Positions 1-9,904 of a stretch of 64,000 nucleotides of DNA are shown here, piece by piece (position 1 is the first letter of the stretch; each line of letters begins with the position of its first letter). The stretch comes from Dehalococcoidia bacterium (lineage in GTDB: Bacteria > Chloroflexota > Dehalococcoidia > Bin125). Location of the stretch: the NCBI GenBank assembly GCA_963663895.2, contig CAXXRD010000003.1, positions 32,001-96,000 on the forward strand, read 5' to 3'. The translations under genes were made by a program, and so were the position numbers. The notes beneath the pieces are model-generated. The model saw nothing but the letters and a program-made list of their open reading frames with translations. It made no database searches and had not been told where the DNA came from.

Positions 1-1
1 G

Positions 2-121
2 GCTCGCCGTCTGCCGGCGATCCAGCGAGTGGTGCAGTCCGTGGGTGCGGAAGTGGTCGGCGGGTCGTGTTGCGGCCCACGTCTGCGGCCGTCCGTTACG
101 ACTGCGAACGAGAGACTGTGA
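2..121 (+). CDS. 3' end of a truncated gene with a C-terminal Cys pair (…GGSCCGPRLRPSVTTANERL*); possibly an arsenic-locus protein
   Basis: Open frame +2 from the window edge to TGA at 119-121, directly before the next RBS; vicinal CC; upstream of arsM. Confidence 0.35.
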   Translation, partial: ARRLPAIQRVVQSVGAEVVGGSCCGPRLRPSVTTANERL

Positions 122-137
122 ATAAGGAGGTTTGATT

Positions 138-353
138 GTGATTGGACCAAAGATTTTCGCGCCGGGACGGCTCACACGGCAGATCAGGCAGCGCTACGGG
201 AAGGATGAGGGCGAGGAGGCGAGCGCGGAAGACATGACGGCGGCGGCGATGCGGATGCGAGCGCGCTACGGCCTTTCGAAGGATGGCAAGGCAGCGGACG
301 CTGCGACGGCCGAGGAAACTGCCGGGAAGGATGACTCGGACGCTGAAGAGTAG
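138..353 (+). CDS. Small hypothetical protein with acidic C-terminus
   Basis: Strong SD AAGGAGG at 124-130, GTG at 138; ends 8 nt before arsM. Confidence 0.6.
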   Translation: MIGPKIFAPGRLTRQIRQRYGKDEGEEASAEDMTAAAMRMRARYGLSKDGKAADAATAEETAGKDDSDAEE

Positions 354-361
354 GACACGCC

Positions 362-1321
362 GTGGTGCGTAAACAGCAGCAACCGCGAGAGCACGTAGCC
401 GCGGCGCCTGCGACACAAGACAGCGGGACGATCAAGGTGGCCGTACGGCAGCGGTACGGCGGGTACGCCAAGCAGCATCTGGTCCACGCCGATACGGAGA
501 TCGCGTTCATTGAGGTGTTGGCGGCTGGGCCGGACGGGGCTGCTTGTTGCTCGGCGCCTGCTTCGGGGAACGAAATGTCGTCCTGTGGGATGGAGGAGGG
601 GGTGACGCAGAAGGCGATCAGGGCCCCGTATGCCGCGATCGAGACGGCTTGGCTGCCGACAAGTGTGGCGGAGGCGTCCCTGGGGTGCGGCAATCCGGCG
701 GCGATCGCCGAGCTGCAGCCAGGCGAAACGGTGCTGGATCTAGGCTCTGGCGGCGGCATTGATTGCTTCTTGGCGGCGAAGCACGTGGGTTCGACGGGTC
801 ACGTGATCGGCGTCGATATGACGGACGAGATGCTGGAGCTCGCGCGCGCGAATGCGCGGAAGGTCGGTGCGAGGAACGTCGAGTTCCGCAAGGGCGAGAT
901 CGAGGCACTGCCGCTTGAGGATGCGTCGGTGGATGTGATCCTCTCGAACTGCGTAATCAATCTGTCGACGAACAAGGCACGGACCCTGCGCGAGGCTTAC
1001 CGGGTGCTGAAGCCGGGCGGCCGCTTCCGGGTGAGCGACATCGTGCTGACGCGGCAGCTGCCCTTCAACGAAGAGCAGTACTTGGCATCGTGGTCCGAGT
1101 GCATAGCGGGGGCGCTGACACAGGACGAGTTCGCAGCGAAGCTGGAGGCCGCTGGCTTCGAGCACATACAGCTGACGTTGGAGGGCGAACACCAAGAGGG
1201 TGTGCACTCTGCCTTGATCGAAGCATCCAAGCCCTACCGAGCATCGCCTTCGGCAGCAACGGAGTCTGGCAGTGAAGAGGACACCCGAAGGTCTGCTAGG
1301 CTTTCGACGGATCTCACATAG
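362..1321 (+). CDS. arsM: Arsenite S-adenosylmethionine methyltransferase
   Basis: [26 protein letters not shown] and WSECIAGA motifs, N-terminal CC. Confidence 0.9.
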   Translation: MVRKQQQPREHVAAAPATQDSGTIKVAVRQRYGGYAKQHLVHADTEIAFIEVLAAGPDGAACCSAPASGNEMSSCGMEEGVTQKAIRAPYAAIETAWLPTSVAEASLGCGNPAAIAELQPGETVLDLGSGGGIDCFLAAKHVGSTGHVIGVDMTDEMLELARANARKVGARNVEFRKGEIEALPLEDASVDVILSNCVINLSTNKARTLREAYRVLKPGGRFRVSDIVLTRQLPFNEEQYLASWSECIAGALTQDEFAAKLEAAGFEHIQLTLEGEHQEGVHSALIEASKPYRASPSAATESGSEEDTRRSARLSTDLT

Positions 1322-1352
1322 GTGGTTTCACAAGAGCGAAGGGCGGGAACTT

Positions 1353-2057
1353 GTGGCGAAGTCGAGTAGAGTGCAGGACCTCTTGGGATTGAGCAAGCCG
1401 GCGATCGCGATCGGGTATTTCGCGGAGCCGCCGGCTGGAGTGGCGAAGTATGAAGCGGGGGAGGTCCCGGCGGGGTGCTCATTCTGGCAGCGCGCGCAGG
1501 AAGGGGCATCGTTCTACACGGAGCAGTCGGATCACTATAACTGCGCAGTAGGGGCGTACACCCACAGTATCCCGCTGCCGCCCGAGCGGGCCGAGGAATT
1601 GGGAGAGACGATCGGCTTCATGGTGGAGCAGCGGTACCTGCGCGAGGCAGAAGTACCGATGATTCCCGTGCTGGCGGAGTCGCCTCGCTACGTGGCCTAC
1701 GGTCCGGTCGACGACGCGGAATTCAAGCCGGACGTGGTGGCAGTGGCGGCGGAACCCGCACGGGCGATGCTGCTATACGAAGCGGCGCTGCGCGCCGGCG
1801 CGGGCGGTATCGCGCCGAACATCGTAGGACGGCCGGGGTGCGCGGTGGAGGCCCTGACAATGGGAAGCGGCGAGACGGCGATGTCGCTTGGGTGCAAAGG
1901 AAACCGGACCTTCACAGGACTGCCGGATAACGAGATGTACGTGAGCTTTCCGGGATCGAAATGGGAAGCCGTGGTGGAAGCGCTGACTGAGATCGTCCAG
2001 TCGAATGAGTCGATGGGTTCCTACTATAACGGGCAGAAGAAGAAATTCTCGTACTAG
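1353..2057 (+). CDS. DUF169 family protein
   Basis: Cys pattern CSFW…HYNCAVG…GRPGC…SLGCKGNR…DNEMY; GTG start chosen to avoid overlap with arsM. Confidence 0.75.
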   Translation: MAKSSRVQDLLGLSKPAIAIGYFAEPPAGVAKYEAGEVPAGCSFWQRAQEGASFYTEQSDHYNCAVGAYTHSIPLPPERAEELGETIGFMVEQRYLREAEVPMIPVLAESPRYVAYGPVDDAEFKPDVVAVAAEPARAMLLYEAALRAGAGGIAPNIVGRPGCAVEALTMGSGETAMSLGCKGNRTFTGLPDNEMYVSFPGSKWEAVVEALTEIVQSNESMGSYYNGQKKKFSY

Positions 2058-2247
2058 CGGCTGCCGCTCCGGATTAGAAAAGACCTGGCGGGCGAGCTTG
2101 ATGACGGTCTGCGCCCCGCGGGCGCAGCAGCGAAACCGCGATCGTACTGGTGTGTCGGCGCCTGTAAGTGCAGTGGCTACTGGCTTGGCTGCCCCGCGCG
2201 AGGTTGGATCTCCGCTCGCAGCGAGCGCCGCACCCGCTAGTCGCTCC

Positions 2248-2739
2248 TCACGTGGTTAAGCGCCGCAACTGCTTCACATGCCCTTCCACGTGCCGCACCG
2301 ACAGTCCCTCCACGAGCGCTCCCAGGGTAGGTCGTGCCGTCAGCGGTGTTTCCTCGAGCGAGGGAACAAAGATCTCTCGCTCGAGATCCTTCTCCGCCAA
2401 CTCCCCTAGGAACTCCCGCATAGACGCGTACTCTGCCTCCACCAGCCCCAGCAACTCCGTCTTCGACAGCTCTGCCCGAGATTGCCAGTCGAACACTGCC
2501 TCTCGTACGAAGTCGATGGGTTTCTCTCCGCCCTCGCGGGCCGAGCGCAGTACCGCCACGTAGCCTCCCTCCGCCGCGCCCGCCAAGTGCGCCAGCACTT
2601 CCCTTGCGCCCCATTCCCCTGCGCCCGCCGGCGTGCGCCGAAATCCCTCCTCACTCATCTCTTCTACAACGGACCGTACCTCTTCCACCGCTGCTTCACA
2701 GCGGCGTTGCCACTCCCTGATCGCTTCGACCGCTTGCAC
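2248..2739 (-). CDS. DinB-superfamily four-helix protein
   Basis: WGAREVLAHL and C-terminal HVEGHVKQL His pattern. Confidence 0.75.
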   Translation of the reverse strand: MQAVEAIREWQRRCEAAVEEVRSVVEEMSEEGFRRTPAGAGEWGAREVLAHLAGAAEGGYVAVLRSAREGGEKPIDFVREAVFDWQSRAELSKTELLGLVEAEYASMREFLGELAEKDLEREIFVPSLEETPLTARPTLGALVEGLSVRHVEGHVKQLRRLTT

Positions 2740-3020
2740 TCTTGCCGTCCTTTCCTGCTCACCCCTACTTACGTTACCGGCCAGCTCCTTCTTCAGTATT
2801 CCAGTATTCGAGTTCCATGCTTACCCGCGCGTTACCGGAAACTGGCACACTGCCTCTGCGTCTGCGGTGCCGACAGGATCCCGTTCCGAACCGGCCGCGC
2901 GACGCCCTCCACAGCCACCTCGACAGGGCACATCCAGCATCGCTGGAGATCCACCGCTCCACACCGTGCTGCGCCCCCCTATAGCAGGCTCCACCTGCTA
3001 GCCTGGCGAGCGGACTCACG

Positions 3021-3170
3021 ATGCCGCACAATCTCGACTCCAGCCCCCGCGCTGTTCCTCGGCCGGCCAGCCGGCGTATTGCTGTGCCTGCCCTGCTCAC
3101 CTGCTGGGTCATCCTCGTCATCGCCTTCCCTGCCACCGTCGCTTATGGTCTCTATCTGTGGGCGACCTGA
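3021..3170 (+). CDS. 49-aa single-pass membrane protein, below ORF-track cutoff
   Basis: ATG…TGA translates to MPHNLDSSPRAVPRPASRRIAVPALLTCWVILVIAFPATVAYGLYLWAT: basic N-region plus hydrophobic segment. Confidence 0.45.
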   Translation: MPHNLDSSPRAVPRPASRRIAVPALLTCWVILVIAFPATVAYGLYLWAT

Positions 3171-3280
3171 TCGGCTAAACACATCGCTCGCATGAACAAT
3201 TCACACGAGAAAAGAGCGAGATCTCGCCAGCGGACGTTCAGAAATCACACACAGAAGTTCCATTTTTCAACGGGTGTGCT

Positions 3281-3310
3281 TTGACAAGCATATCCCCCTC
3301 TAGATAGCAT
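3281..3310 (+). promoter_or_regulatory. Sigma70-type promoter of the Mrr-N gene
   Basis: TTGACA (3281-3286), 18-nt spacer, TAGCAT (3305-3310), AT-rich context. Confidence 0.55.
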
Positions 3311-3359
3311 TTTGAATGAACGCTGTGATGAAGTAGAAAACTACGAAAAGGATCCCTGA

Positions 3360-3902
3360 ATGGTACGAACGCTTCCACCAATTGACGATGATGTTTTCGA
3401 AGCGCTACAAGCAAAAGCCGAACCGCTTGTAGACGATATCAACGCAGTCCTGCGGCGCTTGCTTGGGATATCGGAGAGCAGTGCTTCCACGCCCAGCGGA
3501 GGTACAGGGCGAGGAGCAGCGAAGGCGCGCGCGGAAAAGAAATCCCGAACCAGCGGCAAGCGAGGTCGCCGAAGAAAGAGCGGGACACGTGCGCCGAGAG
3601 GCGCGACCCTCCCCAATTCGGAGTATGAACTTCCTATGTTGATGGCCCTCACTGATCTGGGGGGATCGGCAACTGCTCGCGACGTGGTGAATCGGATGGA
3701 GCAGCTTTTGGAAGGAAAACTCCAGCCGATCGATAGAGAGAAGATCACAACCGGGGCCATCCGCTGGAAGAACCGAACTCAGTTCGTGCGATCGAAGCTC
3801 ATCGCCGAGAACGCTATGAAGAAGGATTCCGCCCGCGGCATGTGGGAGATCACCGACGAAGGACGCGCGCGCTTGGGCCGTGAAGGCGCTCCAACAGCCT
3901 GA
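3360..3902 (+). CDS. DNA-binding protein: SeqA-N/RHH-like N-terminus, basic linker, Mrr N-terminal winged-helix domain
   Basis: IDDDVFEAL…VLRRLLG; YELPMLMAL..LGGS…RWKNRTQFVRSKL…RGMWEITDEG; no nuclease domain. Confidence 0.75.
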   Translation: MVRTLPPIDDDVFEALQAKAEPLVDDINAVLRRLLGISESSASTPSGGTGRGAAKARAEKKSRTSGKRGRRRKSGTRAPRGATLPNSEYELPMLMALTDLGGSATARDVVNRMEQLLEGKLQPIDREKITTGAIRWKNRTQFVRSKLIAENAMKKDSARGMWEITDEGRARLGREGAPTA

Positions 3903-4202
3903 GACGCTCACATAGGGAGGATTTGCCGGACGGCGCATGTGGGGGAGCGCGCCGCGCGATAGTAGGTGTCGTGGGGTCTATCCTCGTCGGACGATTTGCG
4001 CGTGTCACCAGCGGATTTTGAACACTCCGGCCCCTCGTAAGGGAAGATCTCCGTGGACCGCTTCGCCCACTTTTTCCTGGCGAGAGCGAGGTTTGCTAGT
4101 ACGGTCGTGTCTGTGTTCGCTGCGAACGCACAGAGAGAGGCTTCTGTTACCCGAAGGGTTCCGTAATAACGTGAGAGAGGATCTCGGGACGCTGCTGAAG
4201 CC

Positions 4203-5246
4203 CTAACCTCCTAGATCTCTCAGCGCCGGCGCAACCTCCTCCGCGAAGAGCTGGTGCGAGCGTGCGTGCACCTCCGGATCGATTCCCGGCCAGACCGCCG
4301 TGTAGAGGAACGCCTCGAACGGATACTGCGCGTAGAGCGCCTTGATGTGCTGAATGATCTCGTCCGGCGTCGCGACCAGGTAATGTCCTAGCCGCTCGAC
4401 ATCCTCGATCGTGTGTGGGTAAGAACCCCCGAAGGTCGCTGGAGTAGTTCCCTGCTGCCAGTTCTGGTCTTGGGCATACCAAGTTGCGTAGCCCTGAGCG
4501 TGATAGAGCGCGGAAGGAGCGAGGAGCTGCCAGTCGCGCTCGGGATTCTCGGACGTGAACAGGAGCGACATGTTGAGAATGTGGGGGTTGCGCCAGTCCT
4601 TGCCGTATTCCTTGAGGTGCTGGACGAACTTCGCTGGTGCATCCGGGGGTGCCGCGATGGTGTGGAGTAAGCCGTCGCCGAGCCGGGCGGCGCGGCGCAA
4701 AGCCTCGCCTTGCGTGGCGCCAAACCAAACAGGGATGCGCGGCTTTTGCACAGGCTTGGGAGTGCAGCGTACGTTGTGAAAGGTGAAGTGCTCGCCCTCG
4801 AAGGAAAACTCCTCCTCTTCCCAGCACTTGATCATGATTTGGACGGCCTCGTCCGTGATGGAGCCGCGGTACCTGCGGTCGATGTTGAAGCTCATGAACT
4901 CGGGATAGCGGTAGCCGACCCCGGGGCCGAAGAGGAAACGCCCGTTGCTGATGTTGTCGACGACGGCGCAGTCTTCGGCGAGACGCACGGGATTATGGAA
5001 CGGCTGCAGCAGGACGAAGGTGCCGATACGGACGCTGGAGGTGCGCGCGGCGATCGCGGCGGCCATGGGCAGTAGAGCCGGCAAGTAGCCATCGTCGATG
5101 AAATGATGCTCGGTGACCCAGATGTCGTCGAAGCCCCAGTCGGATTCGGCGGCGGCGATCTGGTCGAGGGTTTGGGCGTAGAGTGCCGGTGTCGACCGCG
5201 GAGAGCCGACGGGGTTGCGGAAGTCGTAGAGCAGTCCAAAGCGCAT
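4203..5246 (-). CDS. LLM class flavin-dependent oxidoreductase
   Basis: IWVTEHHF, HNPVRLAEDCAVVDNISNGR, PKPVQKP. Confidence 0.9.
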   Translation of the reverse strand: MRFGLLYDFRNPVGSPRSTPALYAQTLDQIAAAESDWGFDDIWVTEHHFIDDGYLPALLPMAAAIAARTSSVRIGTFVLLQPFHNPVRLAEDCAVVDNISNGRFLFGPGVGYRYPEFMSFNIDRRYRGSITDEAVQIMIKCWEEEEFSFEGEHFTFHNVRCTPKPVQKPRIPVWFGATQGEALRRAARLGDGLLHTIAAPPDAPAKFVQHLKEYGKDWRNPHILNMSLLFTSENPERDWQLLAPSALYHAQGYATWYAQDQNWQQGTTPATFGGSYPHTIEDVERLGHYLVATPDEIIQHIKALYAQYPFEAFLYTAVWPGIDPEVHARSHQLFAEEVAPALRDLGG

Positions 5247-5554
5247 GGAGTCCTCCTAGCTGGTGGGTGGGGAGTTGCCGTGGGCGCCGATGCTGGCTGC
5301 GCTCTACTATAGAGGCCGCAGGCGACCATCTCTTCGGCCTGGTACGTCCGGGGGGGGCAGTTCCTCGTCGATCACTTGCGGAACGTCGCGAGCGTCTTGC
5401 GGGACTCGGTACCTTGGTACCTCCCAAGTTACACCTGCCCTTAGTGAGGAGTGGTGATTGCAAGGCGCCGCATCGGACGCGGCATATGCGCGGTGTTGCA
5501 TTTGAACATGGGAAGAGGCGGAGGGGAAAGCGCGCGCTGTATCCTCACACGACT

Positions 5555-6346
5555 GTGCCTGGCAGGCTCCAAGACAAGGTGGCGATCGTGACCGGCGGTG
5601 CCCGCGGGCTGGGGCGGGGGATCGCAACGGTGCTAGCGCGGGAGGGCGCGGATATTACGGTCGCGGATCTGGCGGTAGCGGAAGCGCAGGGTACGCTCAC
5701 GGCGGTGGAAGGCGAGGGGCGCCGCGCGTTGGTGGTGGAGACGGACGTAACGGACGCGCACTCGGCGGCTCGGTGCGTTCAGGAGACGATTACGCGGCTG
5801 GGTGGCGTCGACATACTCGTGAACAATGCGGGCGTGGTCGGCGGGCATCTGGGCGAGCAGGTGACGGCCGAGGACTGGGACGCCTGCTTCGCGGTGAACG
5901 TGAAAGGGCCGTGGATCATGGGCAGAGCGCTGCTGCCGTACTTCAAGCAGCGAGGCGGAGGAAAGGTCGTCAATATCTCCTCGATCGGGGGACGCGAGGG
6001 CGTGCCGATGTTCCCCAACTACAGTGCTTCGAAGGCGGCGCTGATCAACCTTACGCAGGCGCAGGCGCTCGACTGGGCGCGCTATCACGTGAACGTCAAT
6101 GCGGTCTGCCCGGGCTTGATCTGGACGCAGATGTGGCGCTTGATCGAGTCGCACGCGGAGCAAGAGCGTGGCCGTGTAACCGAGGATCGGGCGATGTTCG
6201 AGCGATTCGTGCGAAAGCTAACGGCCTTGGGCCGCGAGCAGACGCCCGAGGATGTGGGGCACGCGGTTGCATTCCTGGCCTCAGCGGAGGCGCGGAACAT
6301 CACCGGGCAATCGCTCAACGTGGACGGTGGAATTAAGTTCGACTGA
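5555..6346 (+). CDS. SDR family oxidoreductase
   Basis: TGGARGLG, NNAG, YSASK; start moved to GTG 5555. Confidence 0.9.
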   Translation: MPGRLQDKVAIVTGGARGLGRGIATVLAREGADITVADLAVAEAQGTLTAVEGEGRRALVVETDVTDAHSAARCVQETITRLGGVDILVNNAGVVGGHLGEQVTAEDWDACFAVNVKGPWIMGRALLPYFKQRGGGKVVNISSIGGREGVPMFPNYSASKAALINLTQAQALDWARYHVNVNAVCPGLIWTQMWRLIESHAEQERGRVTEDRAMFERFVRKLTALGREQTPEDVGHAVAFLASAEARNITGQSLNVDGGIKFD

Positions 6347-6387
6347 CCGGCCTCGGCCGAGGAATGAGAGCGCTGAAGGAGCGACCA

Positions 6388-7188
6388 ATGACTGAGCCGC
6401 CACTGCTGTACGAGGTGCAAGACTACGTTGCCACGATCACGCTGAACCGGCCGGAGAAGATGAACGCCTTCAATCCGACCATGCTGCAGCTATGGGCCGA
6501 TGCGATTGAGTCGGCGGGTCGAGACGAAGGGGTGCGGGTCGTGGTGGTGACGGGGAAGGGCCGCGGCTTCTGTAGCGGCGGGGACGTGAGTAAGAAAGAG
6601 GTAGGTGGTGACCTGTTCGGGGAGTCGCTAGTAGCCGGGCGCAATGGCCTGCGCCACAGCGTGCATCGAGTACCGCGCACGCTCGCGAACTTGGAGAAAC
6701 CGTATATCGCCGCCGTGAACGGGGCAGCGGTGGGAGCGGGGATGGATATGGCTTCGATGGCGGACATACGGATCGTGTCGGATAGGGCGAAGTTTGGAAT
6801 GGCGTATGTGCGGGTGGGCCTGACGCCGGGAGATGGCGGAGCGTATTTCCTGCCTAAGATCGTGGGAATGGCCCGGGCGCTGGAGTTGATGTGGTCGGGC
6901 CGTATCTTTACCGCTCAGGAAGCCCTAGAGATGGGCTACGCACAGCGCGTGGTTCCGCACGAGGAACTCATCCCGGCGGTGCGATCCTTCGCGACGGAGC
7001 TAGCGCGCGGGCCCGCTGTTGCGGTGCAGCTCACGAAGCGCTTGGCTTATCGGAGCCAAGAGGTCGGCCTGCATGAGGCGCTGGAGATGGCGGAGCATGC
7101 GATGGTACTGGCGCGGGCGACCGAGGACTCGCGTGAAGGACCGCGGGCCTTCGCGGAGAAGCGGGCGCCGGTATTTCAGGGCCGCTAG
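6388..7188 (+). CDS. Enoyl-CoA hydratase/isomerase family protein
   Basis: TLNRPEKMNA, FCSGGD, AAVNGAAVGAG. Confidence 0.9.
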   Translation: MTEPPLLYEVQDYVATITLNRPEKMNAFNPTMLQLWADAIESAGRDEGVRVVVVTGKGRGFCSGGDVSKKEVGGDLFGESLVAGRNGLRHSVHRVPRTLANLEKPYIAAVNGAAVGAGMDMASMADIRIVSDRAKFGMAYVRVGLTPGDGGAYFLPKIVGMARALELMWSGRIFTAQEALEMGYAQRVVPHEELIPAVRSFATELARGPAVAVQLTKRLAYRSQEVGLHEALEMAEHAMVLARATEDSREGPRAFAEKRAPVFQGR

Positions 7189-7228
7189 GGCCGAGAACCA
7201 CTAGGCTGGGAGCAGGAGGACCGCTCGC

Positions 7229-8416
7229 ATGGCGCTTGATTTCGCTTTCACACCGGAGCAAGAGGCGTTCCGGGAGGAGATCCGGGCCTTCCTCTCCAAA
7301 GAGTTGCCGCCGGATCATTGGAAGCTCCAAAGCGACCGCGAGCAGGCGCCTGCAGGCCAGGCCGAGTTCACGCGTGCATTCGTAAAAAAGCTGGCGGACC
7401 AGGGCTGGCTGACGATGCACTGGCCGAAGGAGTACGGAGGCCGGGGCGCGAGCGTGATGGAGCAAGTGATCTACAACGAGGAAACCGGGTATGCGGCGGC
7501 GCCGGTGGGGATCGGGTCACAGATGGCCGTCACGATGGCAGGCCCAACGATCATGCGCTGGGGAAGCGAAGAGTTGAAGGCCGAGCACCTGCCGGCGATC
7601 TCGCGCGGCGAAGCCCTGTGGTGTCAGGGGTTCTCGGAGACCAACGCGGGCTCGGATTTGGCGTCGCTGGAGACTCGGGCGGTGCGTGACGGTGATGACT
7701 ACGTGGTCAACGGGCAGAAGATCTGGACGAGCGGAGCCCATACGGCGGACTGGTGCATGCTGCTGGTCCGCACCGATCCGCAAGCACGGAAGCACAAAGG
7801 GATCACCTACCTCTTGATGGACATGCGCTCACCGGGAGTCGAAGTAAAGCCGATCCTCAGCATGATGGACGCGCACGGATTCAACGAAGTGTGGATGGAG
7901 GACGTGCGGATCCCGGTGCGGAACCGGGTGGGCGACGAGAACGAGGGATGGTATGTGGCTACGACCACCCTCGATTTCGAGCGTAGTGGAATCACTCGCG
8001 TGGCCTGGAGCAGGCGGGTGCTGGAGGAGATGGTGGGTTGGGTACGGTCGAACGGTGCCGTCACGAACAAGGCCGTGACGCGGAACGCCCTGGCTGACTT
8101 GTGGATCGCGGTCGAGGTATCACGCCTACTGTCCTATCGAGTGGGGTGGATGCAGTCGCAGGGACAGGTGCCGAACGCCGAGGCCTCCATGGTGAAGGTG
8201 TTTGGCTCGGAATTGGCCTGTGCGATTACGAACGTGGGGACGAACCTGCTGGGCCTGGGGGGTGGACTCCTACGAGGCTCCACCGGGGCGCCACCTCTCT
8301 ATGGAGCACTCCCGCTGGGGTATATGGGAACGACGACCTACGCCATCGCTGCGGGGACGAGCGAGATTCAGCGCAATATCATTGCGCAACGAGGGCTTGG
8401 CCTGCCGCGTTCGTAG
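7229..8416 (+). CDS. Acyl-CoA dehydrogenase
   Basis: WCQGFSETNAGSDLASL, NGQKIWTS, AGTSEIQRNII. Confidence 0.92.
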   Translation: MALDFAFTPEQEAFREEIRAFLSKELPPDHWKLQSDREQAPAGQAEFTRAFVKKLADQGWLTMHWPKEYGGRGASVMEQVIYNEETGYAAAPVGIGSQMAVTMAGPTIMRWGSEELKAEHLPAISRGEALWCQGFSETNAGSDLASLETRAVRDGDDYVVNGQKIWTSGAHTADWCMLLVRTDPQARKHKGITYLLMDMRSPGVEVKPILSMMDAHGFNEVWMEDVRIPVRNRVGDENEGWYVATTTLDFERSGITRVAWSRRVLEEMVGWVRSNGAVTNKAVTRNALADLWIAVEVSRLLSYRVGWMQSQGQVPNAEASMVKVFGSELACAITNVGTNLLGLGGGLLRGSTGAPPLYGALPLGYMGTTTYAIAAGTSEIQRNIIAQRGLGLPRS

Positions 8417-8517
8417 GGAACCACGCCCGACCGTCGCCAGGCCGAGACGAGGCAGCGCGCATTCGGCGGACGCTCCCGCTATGTACAAGATCCTGGAACG
8501 GGCCTGCGCCTGCGCGG

Positions 8518-8904
8518 TCAGGCTGGCTCGTCGTCGGATATGAGGACGCGGCCGTCGACGACGCGGGTGTGAAAGGTGCGGATACTCGGAGGCTTGAGTC
8601 GCTTCTCGAGGGGCGGGGGCAGCGGTGGGGCCATCCGGTCCAACATGTTCCATATCCCCTCGGGCAACCAGCTCTTCGTTTGGCCGCTACGGCAGTCGAA
8701 TTCGGATTTGTGCCAAGGACAAACGATATTGCTGCCGTGGAGTTCACCGGCGCTCAGAGGGGCGAAGAGATGGGGGCAGCGATCCTGAACCGCGAAGACC
8801 TCGCCGTGGACGTTGACTACACAAACGCGAGTGCCATTGATCTCGCCGACGGTGACGGTCCCAGGGGGCAGGTCTTCGAGGGCGCAAACATCGGCTTCGG
8901 CCAC
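8518..8904 (-). CDS. Rieske 2Fe-2S ferredoxin
   Basis: CPH…CPWH motifs. Confidence 0.85.
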   Translation of the reverse strand: MAEADVCALEDLPPGTVTVGEINGTRVCVVNVHGEVFAVQDRCPHLFAPLSAGELHGSNIVCPWHKSEFDCRSGQTKSWLPEGIWNMLDRMAPPLPPPLEKRLKPPSIRTFHTRVVDGRVLISDDEPA

Positions 8905-9093
8905 AGAGGCACTCCGTCCGGACTTGGAAACTTTCGGACATAGGATTACGCGAGCAGCATCGTGGGTCAATTTTCAACCGCAATGCACTGCGATCGCAGC
9001 GGAGGCGGATCGAGGGCTGTAGCCTGGACGCAGCGGACAACTCTGGGGACTGGGGGCGCCGGGCGTGCCGCAGAGTTTGCGGAGGGGATCAGG

Positions 9094-9897
9094 ATGAACT
9101 TGAACGAGTATCTGCCGCCGCGCGTGGCGGTGGTGGAACTGAGCGGCCTGATCGGGTTGCGGCTGAGCGCCCGGGAGTACACAAAGCTGCTGGCAAGCGT
9201 GGGCGAAAACCCGCGAATCAAGGCCGTGGTCTTAGATATCGACTCGCCGGGTGGTGTGGCGCACGCTTCGGAGGATATCTATCTAGCGGCGCGGCGGCTG
9301 GGGGAGTCACGGCCCCTGGCAGCGGCGATCCGGGGAGTGGGAGCCTCCGGCGCGTACATGGTGGCCTGCGCGGCTGAACGTATCTTTGCGATTCCCAGTG
9401 CGATGGTGGGCTCGATCGGCGTGATCAGCGCGCGACCGATGGTGGAGGAGCTGTTGGAAAAGGCAGGCGTGCGGATGACGGTGTCAAAGAGTGTGCGATT
9501 CAAAGACATGGGCTCATTCTTTCGCCCGCCTACGGAGGAAGAGCGCGTGAAAGAGCAATCGATCGTCGACGCCATCCACGCGCGCTTCACGGAGATCGTG
9601 CGTGAGGGGCGGCCAGGGCTGGCGGCGGAGCAGATCGATGATCTGGCGACGGGAGAGATCTACCTGGGAACAACAGCACGGGAGAAAGGTCTTGTCGACG
9701 AGCTGGGCACACTCGGCGAGGCCGTCCAATGGGCGGCGGGACGAGCGGGGATCGACGCGAAGACCATGGTGATGCGGCCGCGGCGCGGATTGATGCAGTT
9801 GATGCTGCAGCGCGGGGCGAGCGGATTCATCGACGAGATCACGGCGTCGGTGGTGGAGCGCCTTTACATGCGCTCCTTGGGAATCCCCGGCTACTAG
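9094..9897 (+). CDS. sppA: Signal peptide peptidase SppA (S49 family, short form)
   Basis: IDSPGG, ASGAYMVA, GSIGV, FKDMGS. Confidence 0.85.
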   Translation: MNLNEYLPPRVAVVELSGLIGLRLSAREYTKLLASVGENPRIKAVVLDIDSPGGVAHASEDIYLAARRLGESRPLAAAIRGVGASGAYMVACAAERIFAIPSAMVGSIGVISARPMVEELLEKAGVRMTVSKSVRFKDMGSFFRPPTEEERVKEQSIVDAIHARFTEIVREGRPGLAAEQIDDLATGEIYLGTTAREKGLVDELGTLGEAVQWAAGRAGIDAKTMVMRPRRGLMQLMLQRGASGFIDEITASVVERLYMRSLGIPGY

Positions 9898-9904
9898 GGG
9901 ATTC

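Noticed and set aside
4110-4134. GTTCGC-T-GCGAAC inverted repeat as a LexA box
   Set aside because: Half-sites are in the wrong order and spacing; more likely a hairpin between convergent genes.
5183-5554. N-terminal extension of the SDR; likewise gltD, sppA, flavin reductase and the ACAD at 50326
   Set aside because: Low-information high-GC extensions overlapping neighbours; family N-termini lie downstream.
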